From positions 4,366,258-4,430,257 of the forward strand of contig CAJINV010000007.1 of assembly GCA_905178155.1 (NCBI GenBank): 64,000 bases of DNA. The letters run 5' to 3'. The translations under genes and the position numbers were made by a program. The DNA comes from Amoebophrya sp. A120. Lineage: Eukaryota > Protista > Dinoflagellata. Shown here one piece after another: positions 25,233 to 39,100 of this stretch (its first letter is position 1; the number at the start of each line of letters is the position of its first letter). Below the pieces are notes generated by a model that worked only from the letters and a program-made list of their open reading frames with translations, ran no database searches and was not told the DNA's origin.

Positions 25233-28200
25233 TTAGGTAATCGGTTGAGTTTTTCTTTTCAAAAATCTGTCGTCCTCGAGCTTTGAGAACATGAGAGCCT
25301 GCATCCAGTACTTCTGTATAGGGTCTTCTTCTTTCTTTTGGATCTTCAAGGAGAGCGCGTGTAAATTTTGATCAACATGGTCAAGCTTCAGATTCTATTA
25401 CCGGTGGTTTCGATGTTAATGGCATCAGGGGAACAAAATTTGTCTTCGAGGCAATAATTCTGACAGGTGCAAAGGGAGCACTCCATGTGAGGTAGCTCCC
25501 GGCTTACTAGTTTTTTCTTCAAACAAGCAAACTTTGTGAAAAGTTCCTCAATTGTGTTTCGGTTTATGAGGTAGATGCGGCCTTTGTACACACAAGCTCC
25601 TTCCGGTGCTTTTTTCTTGACATACTTCTTTTGTGCGCACACAGCGCTCCGTGGCAAACGCAAACGATAGGCATTTTGTATCTATAGAATTAAAAATTGA
25701 AAACATAAGTAGAAGAGAAATGGAAGCGCAATTACGACATATCAAATCTTTTATGACCCTCTCCTCCCAAACACCGCCCGCACCCCGGTGAATCCCCTGT
25801 GCATCATGCGCAGGGTTTCCAGTGTCTTCGGCGCGTAGTTGGTCATGTGGGGGACGATGTGGTATTTCCAGAGCAGGTTTCTCCGATTCTTTTCCTTCTC
25901 GTTCATGTACAGGTCCCACGTGTCCTGTGCACCTTTCGCCTTTGAAACGCCGGAAAGTACTTGTTTCTCGACCATCGGGAACGGTGACCTGAAGGCCTTG
26001 TTCCAAGGCTGTAGCTCCTTCGTCCCGCCTGATGTTGACTTTGACCCGCCGGTGCTATCTCCATTTGGAACAAGTTGTTGGAGTCCATCAGGGCGTTTTA
26101 GATTCAGGAAATTCTTGGGGGATAAGGTTTGGGACAAGAGACTCTTAATATTCTCTTGCACCACGGGACATAAACACCCATCCGGCATGGACTCCTCGAG
26201 CCCGGCGACGAGCATCTTGAAGCCGCCGATCCAGTGCATCGCGAGGCACTTCATGAACCCCTCGAAGGCCGGGTGCGGGTCGAACAAGTGCCGGTTGGCG
26301 ACGAGCTCAAAGTAGGTTTTGGAGAAAACCACCTCGGAGAGATTGCCCTCGTACAACGCGTCGACCTCTTTCGCGATGTCCTGCTCAAGCAACCCGGGGT
26401 GGTCCTGCTCGGGCGTGATGGAATCGTTTGGATTGTCGCCGTTATTCCCCGCCTGGGCTTCCATCAACTCGAAATACTCGTCGAACGCCTTGCGGCTCGC
26501 GTTCATCAGTCTCTGCTTCACGTACTCCCGTTCGGATTCCGACACGTCTTCTCGGAAGGGAAAAACGCGAAAAATGCGCTCCGGCTTCATCAACATCCCG
26601 CCCTGCAAAAATTCATACATGCACCCGGAGATGCCAGAGGGGTAGTCGCGACCGAAAATCTCGTAGGAATTCCCGAAATCGATGATGGAAAACCTGTTTG
26701 GAGTAAAGTAGAGATGCATCGTGGGTTTAGGAGTTTGGCATGTTCTGTAAAAGCAAAAATAATTATCGCGCAAACAAGGATGAAGACCAAGATCATGATC
26801 CGAAGTCCTTTACCTTTGTAGAGCAAATGGAATCTATCATAGACAATGACAAACCCAAATCATCCGCTTTAATTTATACCTTTTGCTCTTGTCGCACCAG
26901 AACAAGTTTCCGAGATGCGGGTCGCCGTGGAAAAAGGTGTGCCGGTGCTGCTTCTCCAACGCGACGGACAGCCAGACCTCAAACGCATCCAGGTAACTGT
27001 CCACCGCGCTGTGCCAGTCGATGATTGGCGTGTTCTTTTCCTGCAAAGCTTGCTGCTCCGCGAGAAGACGGTCGAATGGGCGGCCAGGAGCCATCTCGAG
27101 GATGAGAATACCTGAGCGGGGGAAGCAATGATTTGGAAATGCTTTAGAAGTTAGAACGAAGCCATGTGCTGTAGCTGTAGTAGCTGCCACCGCACGTAAC
27201 TTGTGATGTGAGAGTCCAACTGCAATTCCATGGGCCTGAAATGCAATTCGAAACCGAAACGCTAATGCTATCATAAACACATCAAACAATACCTGGGTCT
27301 CCCGGCGCAGCAGACAGCTGCCCCGGTACATTCGTACCACTATTCCCGTTCCCGTTCATCGACGAGTACCCGCTATTTATCGCCAAATTGTTCCCGTTCT
27401 TCCCATTCACCCCCTGCGGCCTGGCCAAAACCCGCGGCACCACGATGTTTTTCTGCTTTCCCTTCCCGTTGTATTTCTCGTACCCGAGCTCCAAGTACAT
27501 TTGTTCCTGCTCAAAATCGCACTCATACAACGTTTTGTCCACGTAACTCTGCAATAAATACGACCTCGCCCCCGGCAATTCCTCCGTGACTTGGTACAAA
27601 ACTTTCCGTTCCGCCTCCAATTTCTGGTAAACTTCGGGCCTCCGGATTTTCAGGAAGATCTCCGGGAAGGTTTTCCGGTTCAAATCCATGGAGTCATCGT
27701 CCGACTCAACTTCTAAAAACTCGTCCATCGACGTCGTCCGGCCGGGCAGAGAAGGACTAGTTTGGACTAAATGGCCGCCGTTGTTATATGCCGCGCTTTG
27801 CTTGTTTTTCGTGATCAAGACCGCGTGCTCGCCAGCGGCAATGCTCGCGTTGTAGCTGGGGACCGCTGCCATCGCGTACTCGCCGAGCGGCTCACCGGAG
27901 GGGGAGTGGAAGGCGGAAAGGTCTAAAATGACCGTTTCTTGCCCCGCATCGTATCCGTTGAACAACATTTCTTCCTCCTCTGCGGAGTAACTGTGGGAAT
28001 TCGTCGTCGTTTTCAGAATCTTCGCCTGCTTCAATACCTGCCGGACTGCAACTGTCGACATGGGCTTCAATAACGATTTGAATTTCGCGAAGCTCTGCGT
28101 GACGTCAAACGGTTCGACGGTGAGTTTGGCAGTTAAGGGCGAGTGGATCTCCGGGTACTGGGTGATTTTGTACACGGAGTCTGTGATGTAGTCCCTCCTT

Positions 28201-29252
28201 GGACTATTACCTCCGTATTGCTGGAAAACTTTTTGTAAGACAGGGCCCGCGGCGTGAAAAATGGTCAAAAATTCGAAGTTGATCACCGATCTCAGGTTTT
28301 TCAGCAACAGTTCCGGCCGGTCCCTCACGTCCAAGACGAAGAGTTGCAAAAAATCTATCACCATCGGGATTTTCACGTCGCAGTTGATCAAATCGAAATA
28401 ATTTGCGATCAGCTGTTTCAGCGCTTCCACGTTCACTTCGGGGAGTTTGCGGAAGTGCAAGTCGAGGAAATTCGGGTCGCGGACGAACGCGGAGCCGAGA
28501 AACGCAGCGAATTCCGACTGGGGGAAAAAGCACTTCACAAGTTCTTCCAATTTCAACTTTTCCACTTGCTGTCCCACGTCGGTCACCGCGGTGGATTTTT
28601 TCAACAGATTTTCGCTGTCGTTAAACGCTGTGTGCATAAACGCCGAGGTGTCCGCCGCACTCGGGTCGTGGTACCCGTTGAGAACGCCGGCGGTTGTCGC
28701 GGAGAAATTCAACATCGCTCCAGATGTGGAGCTGTTTCGCTCTCCCCGCAGCATCGCCCCGCTTTGTCTACTGGAGGGTTGGTAGTCGTAGGAGCCAGTA
28801 CTGTTCGCAGCGCCAGCAGAAGAAGTTGTGCCGCCATTTCCGTAATTCGACGTTGACTTCGTGCTGTTTGGCGTGACCATGATATCGCTGGACCGCGATT
28901 TCAGCTCCTCCTTCAACGCCTGTCGAAGTTGCGTCACTGCGTCCAGTGGGAACCGGCAGAGGAAGTGCAGAAACTGCTGCTTGTTCCGTTCCTCGGGAGA
29001 AAGATTCGGATCGAGCTGCATGCTCAGCATGGCGCTGCCACTATTTCTACCCACCTGTGATGTTCCTGCAGTCGTCGATCCTCGTCGGGATTTGCCACCC
29101 CCACTTCCATGTTTTCGGCTGGAACTCGTGGCAGAGTTTGGGGCGGTGGGTATCTGTGCGCCGTAGCTGTAGCGGATATTTTGCTCCTGGACAGCGGCCC
29201 TTTCGGCGGCTTCATCCAGAGCCTCGGAGCTGCCGAAGAGATACTCTAACAT
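25233..29252 (-). CDS. ABC1/UbiB (ADCK) family atypical protein kinase, ~1145 aa
   Basis: Motifs GPVLQKVFQ, LKIRRP, CDFEQE, IVVPRV, LILEM, FFHGDPHLGNL, IIDFG. GT-AG introns 27112-27292, 26694-26879, 25682-25783, 25395-25507 give 3438 nt in frame. Confidence 0.85.
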
Positions 29253-30226
29253 AGCGAAGAACTGATTTATTATTTATCGCATATTATAATATCTGCAGCT
29301 TCAATTCATCCGGACCCGACAAATAGATTGCAATAGCGACACCCTGGCTGCCTCAGGGGTGCCGTGGCAGGAATGTCGGAAAATGTTAAAAGTAAGTACT
29401 AGTGTAGAGCACCTACTTCTACGCTCGGATAAATAATAATCAATGTACACATTGTAAATGATCTACTCACTTTGAAAATAAGGATGATAATTGCACAGCT
29501 TTGGGTCCTGCATCAGTCACAAAAATCCGGAAAAATCTCCTTCGACCACAATCACGTGAATTGGTGCACAGGAGTTTTTGCTGCACCCATGGAGGCCTCC
29601 CGGGCGGAGGTGGAAAAGCTAAAGCACGATACTACGAGGATTTTTTGCACGAACGGGACGTCTTGCGATCGAGAAGGAATGAACGATGACCGATGATTGA
29701 TAAAATCTTTATGCATAGGCACACGCACACAGGTTACAAAAACGACTTCCTTGGTTATGGTACATCAACAGATAATGTTGATGCAGTAGCTCATATGATA
29801 ACCGACGGCGAATGTTTTGTCGTTGCTTTTCGTACGCCGCTGATAAGACCGATCTTGATCTCCATGGTGATGGTCACATAGATAAAATTTCTACGACCGA
29901 TAAATTCTACACTCTGATTCTTTTTCATCGTTACCGATGCGCTTTCGAAAAACTACGTGGCCAAAGCCAACGAATTCGAACATTACATCCACCAACTGAA
30001 GATATTCATCAGACTGTACATCATAAATCACTCTTGTGCGTGCTCTTCGTACATTTTTGTGCGTGTAGACATCAAAGACTCAAAAAATGTTATTGCCGGA
30101 GCACATGCAGTCATTTACGAAGCGCTATTTCCCTCGACATATCGAGGTTGCAACTTCGATGGAATGAGTATGACATTTACCTGGCATGATGACTAGAATG
30201 CTTTTCGAGTGTGTGGGTGTGCAAAC

Positions 30227-33200
30227 TCATAATGATTTTCTCGCGGATTCTGCGGTCGTGGTCGCGAGTGGTTTGTGATTGTAAGAGGTAGCGGCTTTGC
30301 TTGCGACTCCAGCTGTTGCGAGACCTCCACGACCAAGACCTTCCTCAACAAGACCACAGCCACTTTTTCCTTCCTCTTGGAGGAGCGGCGTTCTTTCCTT
30401 TGCAAGTAGACAGGACGAGCCGTGGTCTTCTTTTACCTCCGACTTGGGCGGCGCACACGACACGTTTTCTGTGCTCGCCAACCACTCTTCGACGACGTGC
30501 AAGGGCCTACCCCACCAATCTGCCCCAACTTGCAAGCGGAAGCACCTCGCCACCATATCCACGAACGGCTTGCGGTCGCAATCCTCCGAGGTGTTTGCGC
30601 CAAAGTGGTCCAGCCATTTCCTTCGCATGTACACGTTTTGGCACAGCTCGTTCTTTTCCATTTCCTCCTTCGTACACGGCTCAAGCTGCAGTGTGCCATC
30701 GTGAAATCTCGTGAAAATTTTGTCCAGCAAGAGCAGCACGACCAAACGCTGCAGAGATTGGCTTATACTCTCCAGCGACGAGCGGCCGCTTTTACTCTTA
30801 CTCTCAAAGCGGTCTAGCGAGGGACTGTAAAACCCAGCTACTTCTGGTTCTGGCCTTTCCTGAAACAGGCACTGCAGCGCTCCGAGCAACGCTTCCACGT
30901 TATTCGCGACGCGCTTATGCGGCTCCCGGTTCGCGTCGCGGCAAGAAACTAGCCAAATTGGGATCTTTTTCCATTCCGTTTGCAGCGGGTTCGCTGGCTT
31001 CCACTTTTGGTGTTGGCGCTCGAAGATTTCCACCCCGGCGCCGTAATGAAGAACGTCGTTGTAGTTCAAAAGCTCCACGAAATGGCCCAACCAAGACAGG
31101 CACTTCCTCACTGCACTTTCGGCGCCGCCGATCGGGAAATCGCAAGTAATGTTCTCAGGAGGAGGAGGCTGGTCACAGTTATTGTCTTCCTCATCAAGGC
31201 CCCAGGCCAGTTCGACGAGCGCGTGTTGATCCACGCGGAACAGGAGGAAATCCGCGTTCCGACTGTCAGACAGAGCCTTCAGCCGGTGGTTACGCAGGAA
31301 ATTGCCCATCGGAAGAAGCATCTTCCGGACGCCATATCCTTCTTCCGCCGTTTTTTCCCGAAGGGAGCCAGGAATAAGCCCTTTCTTGTAGCCGTGTTCG
31401 CCACCTCCGATGAATTTCGCGTCGCGGAACACGTGGTCGTCAAAGTAACTCTCTTTCGTCGTGGTTTTGTCCTTGCTCACGGGCGCCGACAAACCCACGA
31501 CAACCATTCCATCATCCTGCCACATAATCTCGTCGCGCGTGGCGCGCAAACACTCGCCCTGCGTTATGCACCCGAACTCGTCGAATTGCGCTGGGGAGTA
31601 CTGATGTTCGTGTGGTGGCAGTAACGTTTGAAACTTCCACGATCTTTCCGTCGCGGCGGAATTTGGGAGCTTCCTGCCCTTCACCCTTTTGTGGCCCGCG
31701 ACTTTCGCCATTCGCAACAGGTCCCAGGCAAGCATCCGGCACTGCTTATCGCCGATGGTCTCGCAGACTTTGTGAACGGAATGGGGCCTTTGCTCCCCGC
31801 GATTCCAGCCCTGGGGAAGGTGCGGCGCAAGGCGGTGCACGCCTCTGATGATCGCGGATTTAACCGCGGTCCGGTCGGCTTCGCTCAACCCGGTCCAGTG
31901 CGTTCTGTTTTTGAAAGGCATGGGCTTGAAATAATGGCCCGCAGAGAGCGCCGCAGGAGGTTTTTTCTCTAGCTTCTCCCTTCTCCTCCTCTCTTTCGCG
32001 GCTTTCCGGTCCTTCTCACTCAGCGTCTTTACCGTTCTTGCGCTCGTTGTACCCAGCTGCGTTGAGGTCGGCTTCGGCGTCGTGCTCTTTCTTCCCGGTA
32101 GTTGAAAAGTGATGCCGCGATTTTGCTTTTTCTCCGAGTTCTGGGAGTGCGAGTATTCGCTGTTTTCATCATCAGAGTTTGAGTGGTTTTTCTTGTCGCG
32201 CTTTACTCCTCTTGCGTCATTCGCTGCCCGGATTGGCGCTCTTGTTTGTCTTTCTTCCTTGTTGTCGAGTTTCTGTTTCGCAGCAAACTCCCCGGCGAAA
32301 AACTCTTGCAGTTTCTTCTCCTCCCTTCTCATCTTTTGCAGTTCTTCTTTCTCCCCTTCGCGATTTATCAGCTTCGCGCACAGGTACGGTTGGACGTGTC
32401 GCTTCAAATGGCGAACTCCCGAGGTCGGGCTTTGCTCTTCAGCATAGACCAACTCTTGCTTGTCTTCTATCCAACATTTGTACTTCTCGAGATACTCTGG
32501 ATCCTCTTCGTAAAGGCGATTCTGGTTCGCTCGAAGTCTTTCTTTTTTCCTCTGCCTCGCAAAATGTTGCCCGTGAGCCGACTGCGGCAGAAACGGATAG
32601 CGCTCCCACAAAGATGAGCCATAGCCGAAGCTGTTGTAGGCGTAGGGAGAATTAAAAGTGCCGCCAGCAGATATTGTGTCGGAGGCGCGGATAAAAGGGC
32701 GCTGGCAGAAGTTCGTAGCCGGATGAAGCGCGGAGGATTGCATACGAAGCTCGTCGGGTTCTGCGTTTTGCCCACCGAGAGCAAGCTTTTGCAGACACGT
32801 CTCTAAAGATTCGCGAGGAAAGGCTGTATCAGCATCATGCGGATGCTGTTCTCGAGCTCCACGCCTCTTCGTACGAATGATCCGCCCCTCGTCCGGAAGA
32901 TCTGGAGTCAGCAATTTGCTCGAGGATTTGTCAGCACGACCAGCTCCATGATCTGCGTCGCCGGTTCGTCCCGCACTAGAAGATGAAGAAGCTTCTAGTT
33001 GTTGGTGCAATAGCGCTTTTGGTTTTGGCACCGGCGGTTTCTCTTCTTTCTTCGTTGGCACAGGTAGAATTTTCGACGCTGCACCTTCGGCTTTCATGGC
33101 CCCACCACCTCCAGTCACTCTTTCCTCGCTTTTCGTGGCAACGGCGGCGTCAGTTTTGACTTTCGTTCGACTGCGCAAGGATGCTCTCTCTGAATGTGAA

Positions 33201-34717
33201 TCACTGTCCTCGTCCAGGGAGCAAGAACCTGTGAGCATCGTCCTCCCTGCTCCACACACGCCCGCGGCGGCAGCATCAGGCTCAGCTCTCGCAGCCAGGT
33301 CGTCAGGAGCCAGCGGTAGATCATCCGTAGTCGCAGCTTTCGTCGTGGCGGTGTTTATGGAGAAAAAAAAGTTTGTCACAGTCACTAACTTGCAGGCTTT
33401 CGCTTTGCGTTACAAATTTTCTCAGCATCACAGACTTTTCATGTATTGCAGAAACACTAGGGAAATCCCTACCCTAATAAAGTTTGGCTGTGAAGACGCA
33501 TTTTTACGCATGGCAAACAATTTTGTATATGCAAAAATGCGCATGAGTGATCTTGACGAACATTTTTCTTTGATAGTGTTGTGACTCGCTGTAGTGGCAG
33601 ATTTCTCCCGATGCAAATTTTTCCAAGGCTTGAACTTGGAGCGGGTCTTGTGTCTCCCCCTGGTCGTGGGTGTGTCTGTTACGGTTTCTAGTCCTGGTCG
33701 TGGCGTTCGTGTGCCAACAGTGGGCTGCTGATGCTGCCGCGGAACCTGCATGCGGCTATGTGTGGCCCCGACGAGGGCAGGCCGCTGTACTGGCGAGCCC
33801 GAAGACTCATCCCCTTCATCTTCGCCTCTGGACAAGTAGGATGAAAGCGATTCATCCGGCAGAGTTGACGATCGTCGTGTCTTTTTCTTTCGTGCTCGTG
33901 CTCCTCTTCGTGACTGGAGATGAAGGCCCCCATCGTCTCGGAACAGCTGGTCAAGGAAGGGAAGCACTTCATCCTCTTTTTCCATTCCAGGTCTACTTCG
34001 ATGGTTCACGTCGTGATCATCGCCGCCGTCGTCCTCGAGCACAGTAGAAACTGGCTTTTCATCACGTGGCAGCAACGTGAAAAATGTCGCTTGTGTATTC
34101 GACCTACAACTTTCTGTGTTCTTCTTTTGCGTAGAAGCGGTCGCCGCCTTCTGTTGATCATATCCCCGCATTATCGCCGGAACCGGTCGCGGTGAGCCCG
34201 CCTCGTCCTGGTCTTTAGAGCTATTTCCATGCGAAACTACCTTTGATGATGTTGACCCGCTACTACCGCAGGCCTCGTTGTCGATTTTCTTCTGAGTGCA
34301 GCCTCCTGCTCCTCCTCGTCCTTCACCATTCGCATGAAGATTCGCGTTTCCGTTTCCCGCCACACCACGTGTCGAAAGCAGTTTCTTCTTCGGCCGTGAA
34401 GGAGAATCGAATCCAGCAAGTCTAGCGGTGCTGGACGAGGACGACGAAAACGACGAAAACGTGGCTGACGCAGGTGCTGCAGACCTACCCTGCGATGTCT
34501 TCCTGGCTTCTGTTCGGACACGGACCAACGACTGCCGTGGTGAAAAAGGCGACGACGACGACGACGACGTTGATGAGGTGGACTCGCGACTACAGGTGCT
34601 TGTGCTTGATCCGGCGCTCGATTCACCACTACCTCTGTCACGACTCCGAGATTGGTGGCTCCTACTGTCGTGAATCAGCTGCCTCGAGGAGCGCTTCGGT
34701 GTTGATCGCGTCAACAT
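30227..34717 (-). CDS. Hypothetical protein (~1421 aa) with low-complexity N-terminus and globular-looking C-terminal half
   Basis: The 429-aa and 1052-aa ORFs join in frame (SHNT|ATTKAA) after removing element 33356-33575 and one TSD. Confidence 0.78.
33356..33575. mobile_element. TIR introner-like element (220 bp), non-canonical intron
   Basis: TSD gtgtt (33351-55, 33576-80); TATGGAGAAAAAAAAGTTTGTCA vs reverse complement TATCAAAGAAAAATGTTCGTCA; contains an in-frame stop. Confidence 0.87.
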
Positions 34718-36104
34718 TATATTTCAATTTGTTCCTGGACAAACTTAAAAGACAGTCATCATAGGTAAACCAAAAAAGTCAAATCTGAAGTTCTATTTCA
34801 CGTTGCCTTGGTTCGTACACACTGACTTCTACCTCGCGTAAAAATAACACGGACGAAACTGCGATTGACTGAGAGCAGCCGGAACATCCACTGATGCTCT
34901 GATGAAAGACCCTCAGCATCAACTGCATCTCTTTTGTTCCACACGACAACTACTCCACAGATCCACAACCCACTCTTGTTTTATGCGTGGCATCCAGGGC
35001 CAATTATTAGTTCGATCAATTAAGTATACTATCTTCCTCTATTGGTGGTCGTGAGTCTCAACCTGAAGGATCAAAGTCTTCACCTTGCTCATCGCTGCGA
35101 GGTTCTGCATCGTGCGAGTAAATTGGACCAACTTGAATCCACCGTCGAACAGAAATTAACCCAGGGTCTGTAGTTTTGCTTGCCACGTTGTGCAGACATT
35201 GCACCTCGCTCGTCTAGAGTCAACACTGGCATACCCTGGAGGAGTTTTCAACTCAAATCGAACTCAATTTCAGAGATAAAAGGCAACATCATCAAAGAAC
35301 TATTGAGTGGTAAGCTTACCGTCAAACTTTACCTGAAAATGCAAATCAGAGCGAGCAGCACGACGGAATACAAGATATTTCTATCAACATCACGAATGGA
35401 TTCACACTGAAGGTAGGCGTAGCACTAGGTTGATATTACTACGATACTGAGGAAAGCGCATAGTTGAAATTAAGACCACTCGCGAGAATTTTCGTCGTGT
35501 AATCGATCACTGCATGAAGTGCTGCAACAACCATATAGTCCCTGCTGATACGACCACGGCCATACTTGAATCCTACTTCCAACTTCCATTTTTCGTTTTT
35601 TCCAAATAGTTTTTGCATTTACACTTTTCGCGAAATAAACAAGTGTTTTGATGTAATCCAACATAAACATGTTCATTTTTCAGCTAGTCTTGAAAAAAAA
35701 AGAATAAGAAAGTAAATGGTTTCAGCAAACGGAAAAAAAAAAGTTCTCTAAACACCTTAGTCTCAAACTTTTTGGTAAAGTGAAGTGAAGTGGCACAACA
35801 TAGCTATAGCATCAAGAGTATTATATTGCTTCCTTGGGAATAAAAGTGAAATGATAAATAACGCACCAAATAATGCTGACGATAAGTTTCTTAGGAGTAA
35901 AAGCGCGATCTTCTTTTTCTCGGAGACTATGACTGAATGACATGCGATAGCACAAGACCACCGGCTGAGCTACTTTGGCTAAGCCCGGTGCAATGGAAAA
36001 GATCAAAGAACTAGAGCCTCCATTAGACATGCGAAAGATTTTTTTTGTCGTATGGAATGATGAGGAGCTACAAGAACTACAGCTTGCTTTTTCATCCCTC
36101 GACG

Positions 36105-39100
36105 TCAGTCTTTGTCGATAGTCTCCAACTGTTTTTGCAGTTCCTCGATGGCCCGGTCGATATCTTCCAGGCACGTGGATTCCTGCTGTTCCAGTTCCTT
36201 TAAGTCTTCGAAGGAAAAATCCAGTTCGTCATCAGCAGCTGCAGCTCCAGCTGCTCGATTCAACGACCCACGTGCAGCGGACGACGCTTCTTTGTTGTTC
36301 CCCCGCCCGCGGTTCAGATCCTCGCCCGGGAAGTAGTCCCAAAGGAAGTTGATATCCTTGTCAATCGACGCCCGGGCATTTTCGAACGTGCGGGCAGAGG
36401 TGAGTTTCGTTTGCTTCGAAGAAGATTTCGTATTCTGCTGAGACGACGACGGCGCGGACGAAAAGGGAATGATGTTTATTCCCTCGGAAGTACTAGTCGT
36501 AGAGGAAGCCCCCGCTGGCTGGAAAGGAGCGGCAGAACTAGTAGACTCCGCAACAGCAGGGTTCTTGGTTTTTCGCTTGTTCCGGTTTTTGTTCAGCAAC
36601 AAAGCGTGCGTCTCCTCCACCATCTGCTCCATTCTCTCTAACGACATCATGCTCTTCGCCTTCCCCTGCTGCAGCAGGCGCTTCTGCTCGAGAAGCTCCT
36701 CGGAACAGAATCTCAAATTCTGATCCACTGGGTCGACTACTTCGTCCACATGTTCGGACGATCTGTAGTGTTTATTCTGAGCATTCTGTTGTGCAGCCGC
36801 CGCTACCCCTACTTCCGTCCTCGTTTTTCTCTTCTCCGATGGTGGCGTCAAAATCCGCAGCTTGTTCGATTTCGACAGTTCCCGCTCCGCATTCGCCCAC
36901 GACCTGGCGGCTCTCTCGTTGCTGTGAAACAACTGGTCCGCGCTGGCGGCGCGGCTTGGTCGCTGTCTGGAAGTAGAGGTGGGACGCGATGAATTCAGTG
37001 TCGTGTTGCTGTTGGTCTGGCGAGAGAGCTGCGGTTTGGTAGGTTTGCTCGTCCTGCTTTTCACGGGTGAAAACGCTCTGCTTGTTTTTTGGAGAATTTC
37101 CTCTTCTTCTGACAGGACCTCGTCAACGATGCCCTTCGTTGTGATGTCGATCTCGTTCATCTCCTTCTCCAGCTCCTTCATTCTCTGCCGCCTTCGATCC
37201 AGTTCCAGGATCTCGTTTCTATGCGGCCCGGAGTAGCTGTAGATGGGTTCTCTCGCGGGCGCCGGGTAGAGCTTTTCCTTTTGCTTCTCCTCGTAAGGGT
37301 GCAAAAGACTATTGGTTATTTGCAAGGACGACCCACGGGCGGCACCGCGACGCACGTTCAATGCGCCGGTGCTTTTACTCCGTGGCCCAGCTGAATGCTG
37401 CTGGCCGAAAGACTTGCTCGGAGTGAGTTTGCCTTGCTTCGCTTGCTTGCTGTTTCTGCGCGGACCGAGCGTCGTCGCTGAGGAGACGCGCCTGGGATTA
37501 TTTTGAGCTTTGACAACTTGAACTTCCACCACGATCATCAGACTCAGAGTCAGAATGCAAACGCTATCGTCTTTGTTTGCACTCAAGTCGTGAGTTGTAC
37601 TACTCAGCACGGATTCATTCACTACCTGTATTCCTGATCGCCGAAAAAGATTGTTTCTTCTGGCTCTTCTTTCAGCTTTGCACTAGCGGCAATTTTGTCC
37701 CTTTCGTCCCGGAGATCCAAGTAGTTCGCCGCTTTGGTCTCCGCTGCTTTCATAGCAGGACCTGCTCCTATGCTAGAAGAGCGGGCCACTGCAGCGCCCC
37801 CAGATACGGCTCCTGAAACAGCAGCAGATGGCATCACCACGTGGAGTAATGGGTTTTTAGGTTTCGTAATACCCCGCGCAGCTGCAAGTCCGCCTGGCCT
37901 GGTGCTTGTTCGACCGTAGTAACTACCCGTGGCCGTGACATCCATCGCGTACAAGCCCCTTTCGCTGTCCTTGGACGCCGTTCGGGAGGTCGGCGCTCGA
38001 GTGGAGCAAGCGGTTTCTTTAGACGTGTTTACCGAAGAGGAAAGTTTCGCTTTCTGCGCGGGGGTAGAGGTTGTGGCACTAGCCGTGGTCGCGGCTGCGC
38101 CATGGCCGTACACCATGCCGGCGGGTGCGGAAGTTGCGGACATGCTGTTTCCCCAGCTTGGGCTTGCGGCGGAGGAATTGGATACGAAGCTGGATTTCGA
38201 CGTTCTCGACGGCGGCTGAAAAGATGAACTCACCGTAGAACTTCGGGCTTTATTCTGTTTCTTCTTCTTTGCTGCGCTTTGCCGTGTTGTGCCTCGCGCT
38301 TTCTCCACCATGCTTCTGTTCATTACCGCTTGCGGAATCACTGCCCGTCCGAAGGCCACGTTGATGTGCTGACTTCTGGATTTCGGCATAAATTCGGACG
38401 GGGGCGGAACAAATTCGCTGGTGTCTATTGCAGCTGGCGGCAGGGTCGTCGGCGAGGAGGTTTTCGTCAGTTTTCGGGTCTTGCTCCCCGTTCTTTTGCC
38501 TAGCTTGGGGGCGGAGGCGGATCTGGTGGGTTTGGCGGAGAAGGCTGCTGGCGGAACAGTGCCGTCAATGTCCATCCCAAGTTTCGCCGCAGACTGCCGA
38601 TACAAACGCTCGAAACCATCGTACTCCCGGCTGTCAGCGCGAGATCTGTGGTGGTTCGATGTGCAGGTCTCTGTGCATCAACACAAATAACCCATACGAT
38701 TGTTCTCTCTTTCATGATTCGCAGTCTGTGTCTGCTGCTGCCGCATGAAGACAAAAAGCTATTATACAACTCAACATCCATTCTACCAATACCTGACTGG
38801 CAGTTGATAGGTCGTGTCGCTCCCAGCGGCACCTCCACCGCTCCCCCTCCTCACTGGCGGCCTTGCGACGTCCACGACCGAACTCGACGTCCTTGACCGC
38901 AAATGCAGGGGAACGCGTCTCCCCTGTCGGCATTCGCGGAGAAAATTCTCGGCAGATAGCAGAGCCTCCTCCGCCACCGCGAGGTCAATGGGGGTGGAGA
39001 CCTTTTTCTTCTTTAGCGGTTTATTCCGCGCTCCTCCTGCAGAACTTCCTGCTGCAGATTTCGACTTGGTAGCTTTTTTCTTCTTCTTTTTCGTGCTGGT

